A stretch of 64,000 bases of DNA from Eledone cirrhosa (taxonomy: Eukaryota): positions 324,632,001 to 324,696,000 of the forward strand of contig OZ024741.1 in NCBI GenBank assembly GCA_964016885.1, read 5' to 3'. Position numbers and translations under genes: made by a program. Of this stretch, positions 1-13,340 are shown in pieces; the stretch's first letter is position 1; each line of letters opens with the position of its first letter. The notes beneath the pieces were generated by a model that saw nothing but the letters and a program-made list of their open reading frames with translations, was not told the origin of the DNA and searched no databases.

Positions 1-559
1 TGCAGAAGCAATGAGGATAAGTGAACAAATAAATATATAGATAAATAAATAAATAAGTAAATAACGAGCTGAAGATAAAAGGAAGAAAAGAAAATATATA
101 AAATACTGTTCGAATTTGACGATGATAGATATCAGGAAGTGGAGAATAACATATCAGATATCAGATCACGGTTATACGAAGAAATACATTAATGTTATTT
201 CCTACAATGGTAATATAAAGTAATAATGATATTCCATTTAAAGAAATATTTATTCTTCATATTATTGAAAACGTCAGTGTATGGCATAAACAGTAACGAA
301 GAAATGAATATCTTGATGTATTTAAAGGCACCTATTTACTTTCTGAGTTCACATCTTGCAGAAACCGACTTTCCCTTTCTGTTAATCCTTTTCCATCGCC
401 ATTTATGGTAGGTTAAATAAAAATATGCTTTACCTTAGTTTAGGCCATCTGCTCCAGTGTCGCCCATCAGGGAATCGACGTTATATATTTTGTACATTTT
501 AAATCTAATGGAATATATCCATCTCTTGGTCCGTCCATTAAAGGTGTTTTTCTTTTCGG

Positions 560-1680
560 AAAAAGCGTGCAAACCAAAATAATTAAAGAGTTACAATGTG
601 GCAATGCTCTTCGGAAGGAAGGAAGGAATTCGACCCGAGATACTAAGAGCTTTAAGTACAGAAGATATTCTCTGGATGATTCACGAGTCCCGGGTGACCT
701 GGATCTCTGGAATGGCACCTAAGCAATGGCAATCGAGAATAATAACCACACTTGTTGAACAAGAAGACAGGAGAGATTACTTCAGTTATCGAGGGATCCC
801 CTTGTTAGGCCTCTCCGGTAAAGTCTTGTCTAAATGTTTGACAAAATGATGTAGGGAAATTGTCGAGTCTAAGCTAGCTGACGAACAGTGTGGTTTTCAC
901 CCCGGACGCCGCACAGCCAACAGAATATTTACAGTAGATCTTTGAAAAATCCTGGGTGTGTTGCAAAGAGGTGCAAACTTGTTACGTGGACTTTTAAAAG
1001 GCATATGACCGCGTTCAACGGACGCTGCTATAGAGATTTCTGCAGGAGTATGGGGTCGATGAATAGCTTCTTGTTGCTCTGTTTCTCTATACAAATATCC
1101 TAGTAATTCTCATCTGTAAATGGTGCTAAGTCGGAACGATGCAATGTAGAAGTCGTACTCAGCCAAGAGTGCGTACTCTCACCTCTCTTGTTCATGATCT
1201 CCATGGACAGGAATGACATGTGCAGCCGGGTTGGAAGTGATATCAAGACTGGTGAGTGTAGGATCAGTCGGCTAGAATTTGCGGACGACATAGTATTACT
1301 TAACTCGTCAGAAGGTGATCTCCAACTTGTATTTGATAGGTTTGCCGCCAAGTGCTGCACGACAGGAATGTCAAAATTTAGTGCTATGAAAACTGAGACG
1401 CTCGTCCTCTCAAGAAAGCCTGCGCAGTGAAATTTAATTGTGAGTGGAGAATTTCGAGTGTCTTGGGGCCGTGTTCACGAGTGATAGAAGGCAGGAAGTT
1501 AAATTAAGTGCAAGAATTGCAGGAGCTGTTGCAGTAATTCACCAGTTTCAGCATTCGGTTATCAGAAGAAGAGTGTAGATATAAAGGCCCAACTCGCTAT
1601 TTACCTATGGTCATGAATACAAGAGGCTGAATTGGGGGTCATTCGAATGTCATTCGTGTAACGTTACTCGTTATAGTGCA
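560..1680 (+). mobile_element. Decayed RTE-clade non-LTR retrotransposon, RT fragment
   Basis: Broken ORFs 598-849 (YRGIPLLGLSGKV) and 1188-1430 (CRISRLEFADDIVLL, the RT catalytic xADD motif); frameshifts and stops. Confidence 0.8.
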
Positions 1681-2039
1681 AACATTGACGTCTTTGACCC
1701 TAATGCAGCAAATTTTCACAACCAAATGTTCATTAATAAAGACATTAAAAACATTTGAATTGCCAACATTTTTAAATGTTTACTAAATCATAGCAGGGTG
1801 TTAAGAGTTAATATGTTTATATTTTCTAGAATCAATGAAATGACGAAGTGCGGTATTTATATAAGTTCGTATGGAAAATAAAATAAAATCAGTGGTATAA
1901 AAGCTTTTGCCTACACAGACCACAACCAGTTTCATTGGATTCCAGATCTTACCTTGCGGTGTTTTCGTTAATTTCCTTTTAAAAAAAAAACGATAGAAAT
2001 GCAAAGCAAGCGCTGAAGGTTGATATAATCGACTGTACT

Positions 2040-2047
2040 CTCTCTCC

Positions 2048-2121
<74 letters not shown>

Positions 2122-2250
2122 CCTCTCTCCCTCTCTCTCTCCCCCTCGCTCTCTCTCTTTCTCTCTCTCTTTCTCCTTACACACACACACACATATATGT
2201 GTGTGTGTGTGTATGTATATATTTGTGTATGTGTGTGTGTATGTGTATCT
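2040..2250. repeat. (CT)n / (CA)n / (TG)n microsatellite block
   Basis: Seen directly; source of the spurious ER-repeat ORFs. Confidence 0.95.
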
Positions 2251-4032
2251 ATCTATTATGCCTCTCTTTAATGCTCTCTGATCTGTCTCTCTGTCAAAAC
2301 AAAATTGATAGCAGTAATTTTAAGCCTTGTGGTAATGTTAGATATATGTGATCAATGTGAGGAGAGCTACTGCATCTCTCTATTTCCCTGCGTGTCTCTG
2401 TCTCTCATTTCCTCTCTATCTGTCTGTCTGTATGTTTGTATCTGTCTGTCTGTCAGGCTGCCAATGCATGTTTGTATATATTACGAATATTTTAACCCTC
2501 CATGATATTGCAGTAAAAACGAGTTTTTTTTTTAATATTCAGTTTGTTTACTGAACTTCCCTCTATATTTGCAGTCCTGGAAGTGTATATGTTCTTAGTC
2601 TCTTCCTGCCAAATCTCACTTAAATATAAATATAAAATCCGATAGTATACAGAACTAATGGAAAACATTCTAGAAAATAAACATGAGACAGTTTCATGAC
2701 AGGGATATGTTGATATTTTCCCCCATCCCTTTTTACACGACAATATAGTAATAAGTATCAACCCTAATAATACACCATGCTTGTTTGTATATATATATAT
2801 CACCACTACCCTCACCCACACATCCACTCCCACCACCCCACAAATAATACCACTAACATCCCCCCGACCCCACGCACACGAACACACACACCCACCCACA
2901 CCCACTTACACCACCACTGACCCCCACTAACACACCCGCATTCAACCCTTTCCCCACCACCAGTATACTAAACCCAATAACACCCCCTTCACCACACACA
3001 CTCATCCAAACACGCACACACACAAGTAGACTACACTCCCTCCACCTCACCCCACACCTGTCTCTCCCTCTCCCCGCTCAACCCACATCCTTTCACCCAC
3101 ACACACACACTCATCCCACTAAAACCTCTACTAATACACACCCCATCCCCCGCACAACCCCTTCTCCACCCCACCTTTCACACCTACCCATCCTCTCTCC
3201 TGTCCACCGCACCTCCGCACACACTGACACACTGACTTTCTCCACCTGCCATTCTTATCTACTGCTGCTATGCGTTGACCCTCTGACCACTTCTCCGCAC
3301 ACACATCCCTCGCCACCTGTCATTCTCATCTACCCTCCTCCTGCCTTGACCCTCTGACCACTTCCTGTTGCGCGCGCACCTCACATCTCCCCTCTTCCGA
3401 TCAACACAACCACGGATTACACACAATTGGCCATCGTTCCCACTATCAACTCCATCACATGGAAAATATCCGGCACCTGACCACACCCTCTACGGAACTA
3501 CCTTAGGAACTTACCCACGGACATACACTCACAAACATTTTTTTTTCGAACCACGCCACCTACATCCACAATACGTATAAACACCACACACACGTGCGTA
3601 CCCCCACATATATACACACTCAGCCTCCGGAATCCCCCCCCCCGCTCTCCCACCCCTCTGACCCCTCCCCATCCACACGCGCACACACACACCGACTTAC
3701 ACCCCACACACACCTTTTCCTGAACATAGAACCTCGTTCTTCCCCCAACTCTCACATTCACATACACACACACACACGTACACCTACACATATACACCAC
3801 CTTCAGCCTCCCCGCTCGGACACCCCGCCTCCCTCTCACCACTCCACCCACCACCACCCCTACACGCCCACACCCTTCCACCACTTGTTTATCTTCATGT
3901 TTATTTTTATTTTTATTTTTTTATATTTATTTTTATTTGTACCCCTTCCACCGTTTTTCCTCCCTCCTCCCTTTTCTAAATGTCTCTCCTCCACTCCCCT
4001 ACACACCCTCGGAACTCTCTTCCCACACACTT

Positions 4033-4065
4033 TTCGCCTGAAGAAGGGTTTTTGCCCGAAACGTC
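4033..4065 (+). ncRNA. Partial type I hammerhead motif
   Basis: CTGAAGA (4038-4044), ggg/ccc stem II, GAAA-CG-TC; proximal 3' strand of stem I missing; ends a CA-rich tract just before AATAAA and (TA)n. Confidence 0.5.
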
Positions 4066-4147
4066 CCCCCTCTCACTCTCAAGAGTGTGAAACTAATAAA
4101 CCTTTGTTCGTACTGCCTCTCTGTTTTGTTCCCCTTCCATTTTTCAC

Positions 4148-4280
<133 letters not shown>

Positions 4281-4734
4281 ATATATAAGTTCCTTTTCTA
4301 ATTACAAGGTTTTGTGTCCTTGTCCTACATATGTCCCCATAAATAGTTATGTCTCCAAATTTACTCCTACATTTAATCCTGTATGTCATTTTTATATATA
4401 TCTTGAAAATGTATATAATGATATACTAGAAATAAATCACTCAAATGTCATATTCTTACTCACTCTCACAGGCCAATAATCAACATAAAATATAAGTTTT
4501 CTCTTATGCAAATCATTAATTTCTCCAAACACAAATTTCTCATTTTGTATAGCCGGTAATCCGGGTATATATTGCATACCGATGCTGGACTCCAAATATA
4601 AATACGCTATTGACGGCACGGGTTTACTAGTCGATCTTGAAAAGAGAAAGATTTTTTGGCCTATTTGGGTGGGATAGTAACTAAATTTATTGACACCTAT
4701 ATACATACATACATACATAAATATATATATATAT

Positions 4735-5208
4735 ATTATTAGAAATGTTAGCTATCGCCGTATTTTAACTAAAGAAATTAAAGAAATTATTTAGCCTAAT
4801 AGTGGGGTTAAGAACCCTCGGAGAAATGGAAAAAGATGAGTATTGACGTACATGGGAGTCGAACCCACATCTTTGGTTTTCCGGACCACTGTGCTACCAT
4901 TTACACCAACACATCACCCGTCTTTTTCCATTCAAATTAGAAGCTATAAACTTAGCGACTCTAATGTCAAGTAAGAATATTTTCGAAACAGCGAGTGGAT
5001 TTGAAATTATTAGAATTAGCACAGTGGTCCGGATAACCAAAGATGTAGGTTCGACTCCCATGTACGTCAATACTCATCTTTTTCCATTTCTCCGAGGGTT
5101 CTTAACCCCACTATCAGGCTAAATAATTTCTTTAATTTCTTTAGTCAAAATAAGGCGATAGCTAACATTTCTAATAATTTCAAATCCACTCGCTGTTTCG
5201 AAAATATT
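4735..5208. mobile_element. ORF-less fold-back element with a tRNA-like core, flanked by (TA)n
   Basis: 4735-4895 is the reverse complement of ~5018-5178, and ~4975-5015 of ~5168-5208. Confidence 0.85.
4844..4915 (-). pseudogene. tRNA-like cloverleaf (GGA at anticodon position, short variable arm), not a bona fide tRNA
   Basis: GATGTGT TG GTGTAAATGGTAGCAC A GTGGT CCGGAAA ACCAA AGAT GTGGG TTCGACT CCCAT GTACGTC A; A-box-like and B-box motifs; 72 nt; G-U-rich acceptor stem. Confidence 0.75.
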
Positions 5209-5699
5209 CCTATATATATATAAATTTAAGAAAAATGGAGTGCTATATATATATAGAGAGAGAGAGAGAGAAAGAGTGAGTGAGAGAGAGAGAGAAAGTG
5301 AAATTGGAAATACCACGGAAAGTATATTTAAAGGATTTCTTTTTCGTCTTTTCTTCTTTGATTCGTCAAAGTAACATTATTGAAAAAATGAGAAGAACAA
5401 TTTATTTTAAAAAAGGAGTTTTATAATATATATAAAATATAACCGGTTTTTGATGTATCAGTGAAATCCACCTTATCAAAGTTGAATACTACAATTAAAT
5501 AGAATTAAAAAGAATAGAGAATTATATATATATAACAATATAAACGAAGATAACTGGTATAAATACAACATTCTTCGGCCAATGTCTAGCTCACTCAACA
5601 AATTTAGTGAATTGTAGTCATACAGCTGATATAGAGTGCACGCATTTGTTTTACTGTAGAGCGTTGGCTGTGTTTTTAATTAGAGATGGAAGTTAATAT

Positions 5700-5838
<139 letters not shown>

Positions 5839-5848
5839 TATGTATATA

Positions 5849-5949
<101 letters not shown>

Positions 5950-5959
5950 TTATACTTAT

Positions 5960-7570
5960 ATATACACTATATATAATTATAAACAGGAAAGGTCAGTAAT
6001 TCATTACCACCTTATTACCAGTAAGAAAAATAGCTCAATGTAAATACATCAGATGTTTTACAGAGCCGTAATATAAGTTACAGAATAATCAAAACTATGT
6101 TCAAAACATTTTATTGCTGACATTCGTTTCTTTCAAACTTTCGTTTGGTTCATCGGAGCACTAGCAAAGTTTAGACAAATAATTAACCTCCTATTCCACA
6201 GAACAATTGTAAAGATACATAGATGTTAGTGCTGTCATTAATAGTGTCATGTTTAAAGAGTGAAGATGATGTGGTCAGTATCAGTGGATGCGACAAAGAT
6301 TATAAAAGAATAATACAACAATTATAGAGGAACTAAAGAAGAAAGTTACTCACAAAATGAGGACATTAGCGGTACATATGCAAACGTATAGAAAGAGTGC
6401 AGAGGTATTAGGGATGTACAGAATAACCAGGTAAGAAAAAAGCAATGGTACTAAGCATATATATCACAGTATGGCAAAGGTATCACATAATACAATACAG
6501 GTATAAAAGCATATTAAGCAGACAGAGATGCGCGGGTATGAAAAGCAGTTTCTATGAAGTTTATGGTGGATGATATGTGATAATTGTTCCGGAAATGTTC
6601 AAATGTACATGTGTTGTGAGTATTAATATCAAGGTTTTCCTTTCCATTACATTGGTTATTTTTTAGTAAATGTTTATTAGTAGCTATAACTATGGATTGT
6701 ATATTGGTCCTATTACAATCTTATCAAGGGTTAGAGTTGTTCTGGAGTGATCTGTCTAACATTTTAATTTCAGGTAGTGATTAGAGATCTACACTAAGGG
6801 GAGCTAATGGGAAAGGGGAGGTAATTAGCGATTAATTTGTGTATAAGAGAAAAAATGGATAGTTGTTTACAACTCCAATTAATTAAATTCTATGTGTTAA
6901 TATACAATATATTATGTTATAAGTCAATCCTTTTATATAATGTTATTTATTTTTAAATTTATATATTTAATTTTAAATACAATCTTTTTTCCATATAATA
7001 CCTTAAAGGTCTCATTTTATCACTACCTACCCATATACTAATTAAGTGAATAAAATATTAGTAAGAAAGATATTGTAGTTATATTAAATGGTGGTAAATG
7101 TATGTTTATTCCCATTAGTTATTATAGAGTATAAGATCTGAGATAAACAGGAGATAGTGGAGGAATGAGCTGATCATAGAATGTGATGCTGTAGGGGTAA
7201 CTATATGCTGATGAAACCTAGAAGTAAAGTGTTAACGGAGGTGAGGAATCCAGATTTGACATTGTTATATACTAGCATCTAGGTTTGAAGTTGTGGAAAG
7301 AGTGTCGGTGGTAGTGTTGGCACATGGAAAACATTTCTGATTTTCTGTATAAAAGGTTTAGCTTAGAATAGATTATAGTGCGAGTCTCTAGAAGATAGAG
7401 GTTACATAATCTATTTGGTGGTTTATACGATGTGGCCCTATCAATTACTTCCCATTGAAGTGTATATGGTCTATTCTTAGTTTTCAGATAAAGAAGTGGA
7501 GTTGGCTATATTGCGAATTTTGAAAGTGTGAGGATGCGAGTTATATCTCGTCTTGAAGCAGTTTGATTGG
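5960..7570 (-). mobile_element. Highly decayed Penelope-like element (RT thumb/GIY-YIG remnants plus 3' HHR)
   Basis: Minus-strand traces resembling the IEF..ELxxx PF thumb and TLSIRLHMY motifs; hammerhead at the 3' end; abuts (TA)n(GA)n. Confidence 0.5.
6115..6160 (-). ncRNA. Type I hammerhead ribozyme (CCGAUGA core)
   Basis: tgct CCGATGA ac caaac-gaaa-gtttg aaa GAAA c-gaat-g TC agca. Confidence 0.7.
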
Positions 7571-7631
7571 GATTTTTCAAACTAATTGGTGAATATGCAA
7601 ATGAATATGTAAATAAGAGAGAGAGAGATAT

Positions 7632-7708
<77 letters not shown>

Positions 7709-8459
7709 ATAAGAGGAGAAGGATAAAATAGTGCGAGAGAGAGCAGAAAGAAAGAAACAAGAGAAGATGGATAAAAACTCATATAACGTTAATTTGAGGG
7801 AAATATATTCTAAGTATATATCTTAATAGTACGTGTATTTACGATTATTAGTTGTTTCAAATTTGTTTATAATATAATATTTTTCTTCTGTTATAAGTAG
7901 ATAAATAAATACATAAATAAATAAATAAATAAATAGATGGGTATATCATGTTATAGATAATTGTTCTAATGAGTTATAAATAAATATTAAGTTAAATTAA
8001 ATTAAATGAGTTAAGAAGAATATTTATATTTATATGATTTAAAATGGGAAGATACGGAAAAACTCCGGTTTAATTTATTTATCCGTTAGTGTGAGACTAT
8101 TTAGTCAAAATAAGTATAGATGTTGAAAGATACATTTAGCCAGAATCAGTTAGTGGTTATAAATTGATTGAAAAATTATTGAAAAAATATTGAAAACGTA
8201 TTGAATAAATATTGAAAAATTTGAAAAAAGTAATTTTAAAGAAATAAAAATTAAAGAAATTAAAATTATTAAATTTAAAATTTTAAAAAATTTGAATTAT
8301 ATACGGATATATTTTATGAAACTTTAAGAAGTGGAATTACAGCAAATGTTATAGATATTATGATTTAGAGATATCAATATATTAAAACAAAGTGGATGAG
8401 ATTGTTATGGAAATAAGTAGAAATATTATAAGTATAATTATAAGTTATATATAGTTCTG

Positions 8460-10686
8460 AATGTTGAATTCTGGCGATGTCTACAAGAATTAAATAAATT
8501 CGTTCTTAGATTAATAGAGTTTTTACATTTAAGTATGTAAAAATTTCCTCAATACACAATTTGCAGAATCTAGATAAAGCTGTGTTTCAGTACGCGGGTG
8601 CTTTTGAAACTATTTCCCAAGCTAATGAATAGTCCATATTCTTGCATTTTAAGTTCCATATCAGGTTTGAAAGAGAAGTTGAAGATTTTTTATCAAATCT
8701 TCGGAAAGAACAATTGTGGTTATTCCAGCGACTTTTAAATTCTGTAGAAGTTGCACCGACATAGTTACATATATTATCACTAGTTTTAACTGTGCATTTA
8801 TAGACCACGTTTTTATCTAAACACTTATTTTGTAAAGGACAGTTTGATTTAATTCTACAGTTACATTTTGCGGAGTTGTTGTTGTTCAGAACGGTACTAT
8901 TATGTTGGATATTGCTATAGATATTACTGCTATTTTGGTTATTTTGGTTAGGGTTTAAATTTCTATTATTAATTCTATTTATATTTTGTGATATGTTTAT
9001 AGTAGTAGAGTAGGATAGTTTTATGGTATGTCTGATAAAGATTGAGTGGTATATGTGGGCTTTAGGAAAACATTTATCTAGTGCTTTAAAGAATAGCTTT
9101 GCTAAGGGTATTTTTACGCTTAATGAGAATGGGGGTGAGTACCAAATAATATTTCTAGTTCTATTTCTTCTGTTAGTTTTAGAGTTTAAGTTAAATTTTT
9201 TTATTATTATTACAATTAATAGTAGGGTTATTTGTCTTATTACTGTTGTCGATGTATTTAATCTAATTTGTGTACCCTGCTTTATTTAAAGCTTCATTAT
9301 AATATTCTGCCTTATCGCCAAAAATGTTTTTTATTAGCGGAGATGCGTGAAATCCGTTGTTGGACAGAATTGACAATAGTGTTCTTGAAAGATCTATGAT
9401 GATTAGAGTTAAAACTTACATAGTTTAGATTCTCATTAATTTTATGGAATGGATAGTAGAGCCCTGTGTTAAGGTTTAATGTTACGTCTAAAAAGTTAAC
9501 AATTTTATAGTTATTCTCTATTTCTAACTTAAAGTTGTAGCTATTGAAGAACTGTATTATGGATTTTCTTTTCCTATTAATTTCACAATTACTATGATTT
9601 TCAATTAAAAGCAGCATATCATCACGATATAAACCACCGGTCATCTCTGGTATTTTTCTATGTTGTGTATTATTAATAAATAGCCCCACAAGATCCGTTA
9701 TCTGCGCCGAGTCAGATGATCCCATGGTGATATCAAAATTATTTTTTCTATCGGCTCTTGTCCAGAGATGATTGTTGAATTCAATTAAAGTTTTCCGTGC
9801 AGTTAAAATGATATACATTTCTTCGCTAGATAAATCTGTATGTTTAGATGCATAGATAAGAGCTTTATTAAGTAAACTAGGAGTATTAGAGGAGTAGAGG
9901 TTTGCAATATCCATTTGAATGAATTTTTTGTTATGCTTAAATTTTATGTTATTGAACCAATCTATAACCTCGTTAGTACCGTTCCATAGTTTTAGGTAAG
10001 ATATTTCTTTAAGTTGCGGTATAATTCTAACTAATATATGTTTACTAACTATGCCTAAGTCTGATTTAGATGCTGCTATAAGTCTGACTGGTAGTTCTAT
10101 TTCAAAGTTTATTTTGTGGTCTTTCGGGTTAATTTTCGGTCTTCTAGGTATAAAGGGTTCGGTCCTATTTTCAATGCCTAATTTATGAATTATTTCAGAA
10201 GCTTCTCTATTTACCATTTCAAGATCTTCATTAGTTGTTATTTTGTAGTTTTTCCTTAGTTCTTTCAATATAAGGTTATTGTATTCGTCCTTTTGCATTC
10301 CGTATAGATTGTTAGTTTTGTCAGATTTCAGGAGGATCTTCTCAGTTTTTTTCAAGATTGTCTATATTATTCTTGAGGCCTTTAAGGTATTCCTGGCCTA
10401 CAAATTGATTTTTCTTGAATTTGATGTTTTGTATAATCTATATTATTTCATTTTTAAATTCTATTAATAGTTTGTTGTTAGGTGGATTTTTCTTGGATTT
10501 GAAGATCATATCGAAGTTGTAACTGGATTTATTTGTTTTTTCATCTGATTTTCTATCGAAATGGAAGGCACGCCATCTAAGTCTTCGTATAAAGGAGTCA
10601 GATTTCTCAATGAATTGTTTAACATAGTCCTTATTCTTATGTAAATGTACATCTTTTAGAGGAGAAGAAATCCTAAAGAATTCCAT
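8460..10686 (-). pseudogene. PLE reverse transcriptase + GIY-YIG endonuclease, frameshifted
   Basis: ORFs 10438-10686 (FIRRLRWRAFHF), 9312-10355 (KSDKTNN, MDIANLY, MGSSDSAQITDLVG, GLYRDD, NFLDVTL) and 8587-8808 (VYKC...YVGAT...FKSRWNNH). Confidence 0.92.
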
Positions 10687-10876
10687 TATTTAGCAATCAG
10701 TTATAATTTAAAGTGCTCAACATTAAAGGAGCTATTTATAAGTAGAAGGGGTATTTAATTTGTTGGAAGTCCGACAAATATAAATATTTATAACTGATTT
10801 AGAGCACTCAACAGTTTAGTGGAGTAAATATTCAATTATATTAAATAAATGGAAACTATATTTATAAAACCATATT

Positions 10877-10939
10877 TATTTTATTATATATATTTCAAGG
10901 GTACCAAGACACATTGGTAGCCTTTCATCAGATAAAATA
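10877..10939 (-). ncRNA. Type I hammerhead ribozyme, canonical core
   Basis: tattttat CTGATGA aagg-c-taccaa tgtgtc ttggta-c-cctt GAAA tatata TA ataaaata; 8-bp stem I; palindromic stem III. Confidence 0.9.
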
Positions 10940-11089
10940 CAAAGTTTGTTTTATAAATAGAGATATACCCATGAAAATCATACCTTATCGGTCTGGATAG
11001 TGGAAATATATTAGGGATTTTTCAAACTTATTGGTGAATATGCAAATGAATATGTAAATAATTGAAAAACAACCGTTTATTTAAATTAC

Positions 11090-11149
<60 letters not shown>

Positions 11150-11499
11150 TAGAGAGAGAGAGAGAGAGAAGAGAGAAGAGGAGAAGGATAAAATAGTGCG
11201 AGGCAAAGAGAAGAAAGAAACAAGAGAAGATAAATGAAAACTTATATAACGTTAATTTGAGGGAAATATATTCTAAGAATATATCTTAATAGTACGTGTA
11301 TTTACGATTATTAGTTGTTTCAAATTTGTTTATAATATAATATTTTTCTTCTGTTATAAGTAGATTAATAAATACATAAATAAATAAATAAATAAATAGA
11401 TATTTATTTATTTGGCTGTTGTTGTTTCGTCACTGAAGTGTGGTAGCTTCAGGAAGCAGGTGTTAGTGCCTCGGGTGTGGTGTCCTCTGTTGTTTCTAG

Positions 11500-12355
11500 C
11501 CAACTACCACATCGACGACAGGCTTACGTCCTATACAGATTAGAGTGCGACAAATGCAGCAATTTCTACATAGGTAGCACCACCAGACCACTTCACATTA
11601 GATTAAAAGAACACCTCAACACTAACGCTTCCTCATTTAAGAAACACCTAGTGAAATGCAAAAACGTAATAGTTAGGATAGAAGCTAAGGAAAGAAACCT
11701 CGGCAATCTTAGAATTAAAGAAGCACTAATTATAGACAAAACACAACCACAATCAATAACAGACTAGAACTCAACACCCAATCTTTAACATGATAGAGCA
11801 CGTAACCCCACACTTACACCTCCACGCACCATCTCACACACACACACATACGCACGGTTACACCTTCACTTATTCTCACAGACACACATAGACACACACA
11901 TAGACCAGTTTTAACATGAGAGAGCATCTAGCCCCCACATTTACTTATAAACATATCCTCACACACTCACACACACACACACACACACACACGCATGCTT
12001 ACACATTCTCTTACATATTCTCACACACACACTTAGACATACATGTCCAAACCCTTTTAAAGGGAGACAACCCCGTTATCCACCTAACCTTCACTTTTCA
12101 CATTAGAAATAGAATGGAAATTCTATACTATTTCCTGTCAGCATGACTTGGCAAGCTAAGTAGAACACTGGATTAACCCCTTTACTTCCCTCTGAAGAAG
12201 AGATATTATCTCGAAAATTAAGGATATTCAAATAAATTTAAGGTAAAGGACTAATTTGCATTTGTATTTATATTCTATATCCATACCTGCATTGTTCTGG
12301 CCTTCTGACTCCAAATGTTTATACCTCACTACGCAATGCGTCAAGTAAACTACAA
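11500..12355 (+). mobile_element. PLE 3' fragment (GIY-YIG + 3' UTR + HHR)
   Basis: ORF 11477-11767: VLYRLECDKCSNFYIGSTTRPLHIRLKEH...LRIKEALII. Confidence 0.85.
12189..12223 (+). ncRNA. Minimal type I hammerhead
   Basis: cct CTGAAGA a gagat-att-atctc GAAA at TA agg. Confidence 0.75.
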
Positions 12356-12358
12356 GTT

Positions 12359-12401
<43 letters not shown>

Positions 12402-12572
12402 CAATATCGGAGAAAGCTTTTTAGCGATACTCCGGCCAAATTCCAACTCACTCAACAAACATTAGGAAATAAGTGATTATATTCCCGATTATGCGTTCGG
12501 GGTGCTAACTAAAAGTATTGCGTGGAAAATTGGCTGTATTATTTCATATGAGACATATCTAATATATCTCTT

Positions 12573-12699
12573 CCCAGACGGACGTCTCGTTTCATTATAG
12601 GATTCCTACAATTTGGGTGAAATTATACCAATTTATGTAGGAGCTTGTATACCATCAATAGACATATATTCAAGTGGGCTCCTATAATTCATCAGTGGG
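12573..12699 (-). ncRNA. Type I hammerhead with long branched stem II
   Basis: ccca CTGATGA attatagga...tcctataat GAAA cg-aga-cg TC (cgtc duplication) tggg. Confidence 0.75.
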
Positions 12700-13001
12700 T
12701 GCCCCAATAATACTAATATTGATAATCTAACCAACATCAGTATTTAGCGATAATCATCATCCTCTGTGCCTGAGGTATCTGTCAGGTTGCCAGTCCAGCA
12801 GTTCTAAAGAAGTGCCCAAACTGATTCAAAAAATGAGGAAGTAAATTACCGCCAAAAAAACAATACATGCGCATGACAATGAACTCTGAAAGGAATTCAG
12901 GCCACGTGCTAAGAACTCAATTGGAAATTGAAAAAATATCTATGTGTGTACAACATTTGATGACACACACAGATATTTTCTCGGGTAATATATATATATA
13001 T

Positions 13002-13133
13002 AACAAGACTGAATAAATTAAATTAACCGATATAAAAGACACAGAAGCGAAAACCAACCAAACAGTGAGTGTGTTCTATTATTAATTCTGGCAATATTAT
13101 TTCACAAATATGACCCTCCCCAATTATAACAAT
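13002..13133 (+). repeat. Solo 3' tail of the PLE family at 41615-43050
   Basis: Closely matches ~42925-43050 (ccgatataaaagaca...atatgaccctcccca); in (TA)n. Confidence 0.8.
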
Positions 13134-13231
13134 ATATATATATATACACACATATATATACACTTTGATTACATCTGTTTAGGTAATATTTATTAGAATA
13201 CTGTTGAAGTGTGTATACATTTTTGGACCCC

Positions 13232-13340
<109 letters not shown>

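Larger units (their letters stand above)
7570..11401 (-). mobile_element. Near full-length Penelope-like element with direct pseudo-LTRs
   Basis: RT + GIY-YIG pseudo-ORF flanked by direct repeats ~7570-7938 and ~11013-11401; HHR in the upstream repeat region. Confidence 0.9.

Noticed and set aside
4844-4915. Functional tRNA-Ser(GGA) gene
   Set aside because: No long variable arm, several G-U pairs, mismatch in the anticodon stem, C at position 33, and the second copy differs in the loop
7208-7240. CTGATGA on the plus strand
   Set aside because: No stem II or GAAA; lies antisense within a decayed ORF
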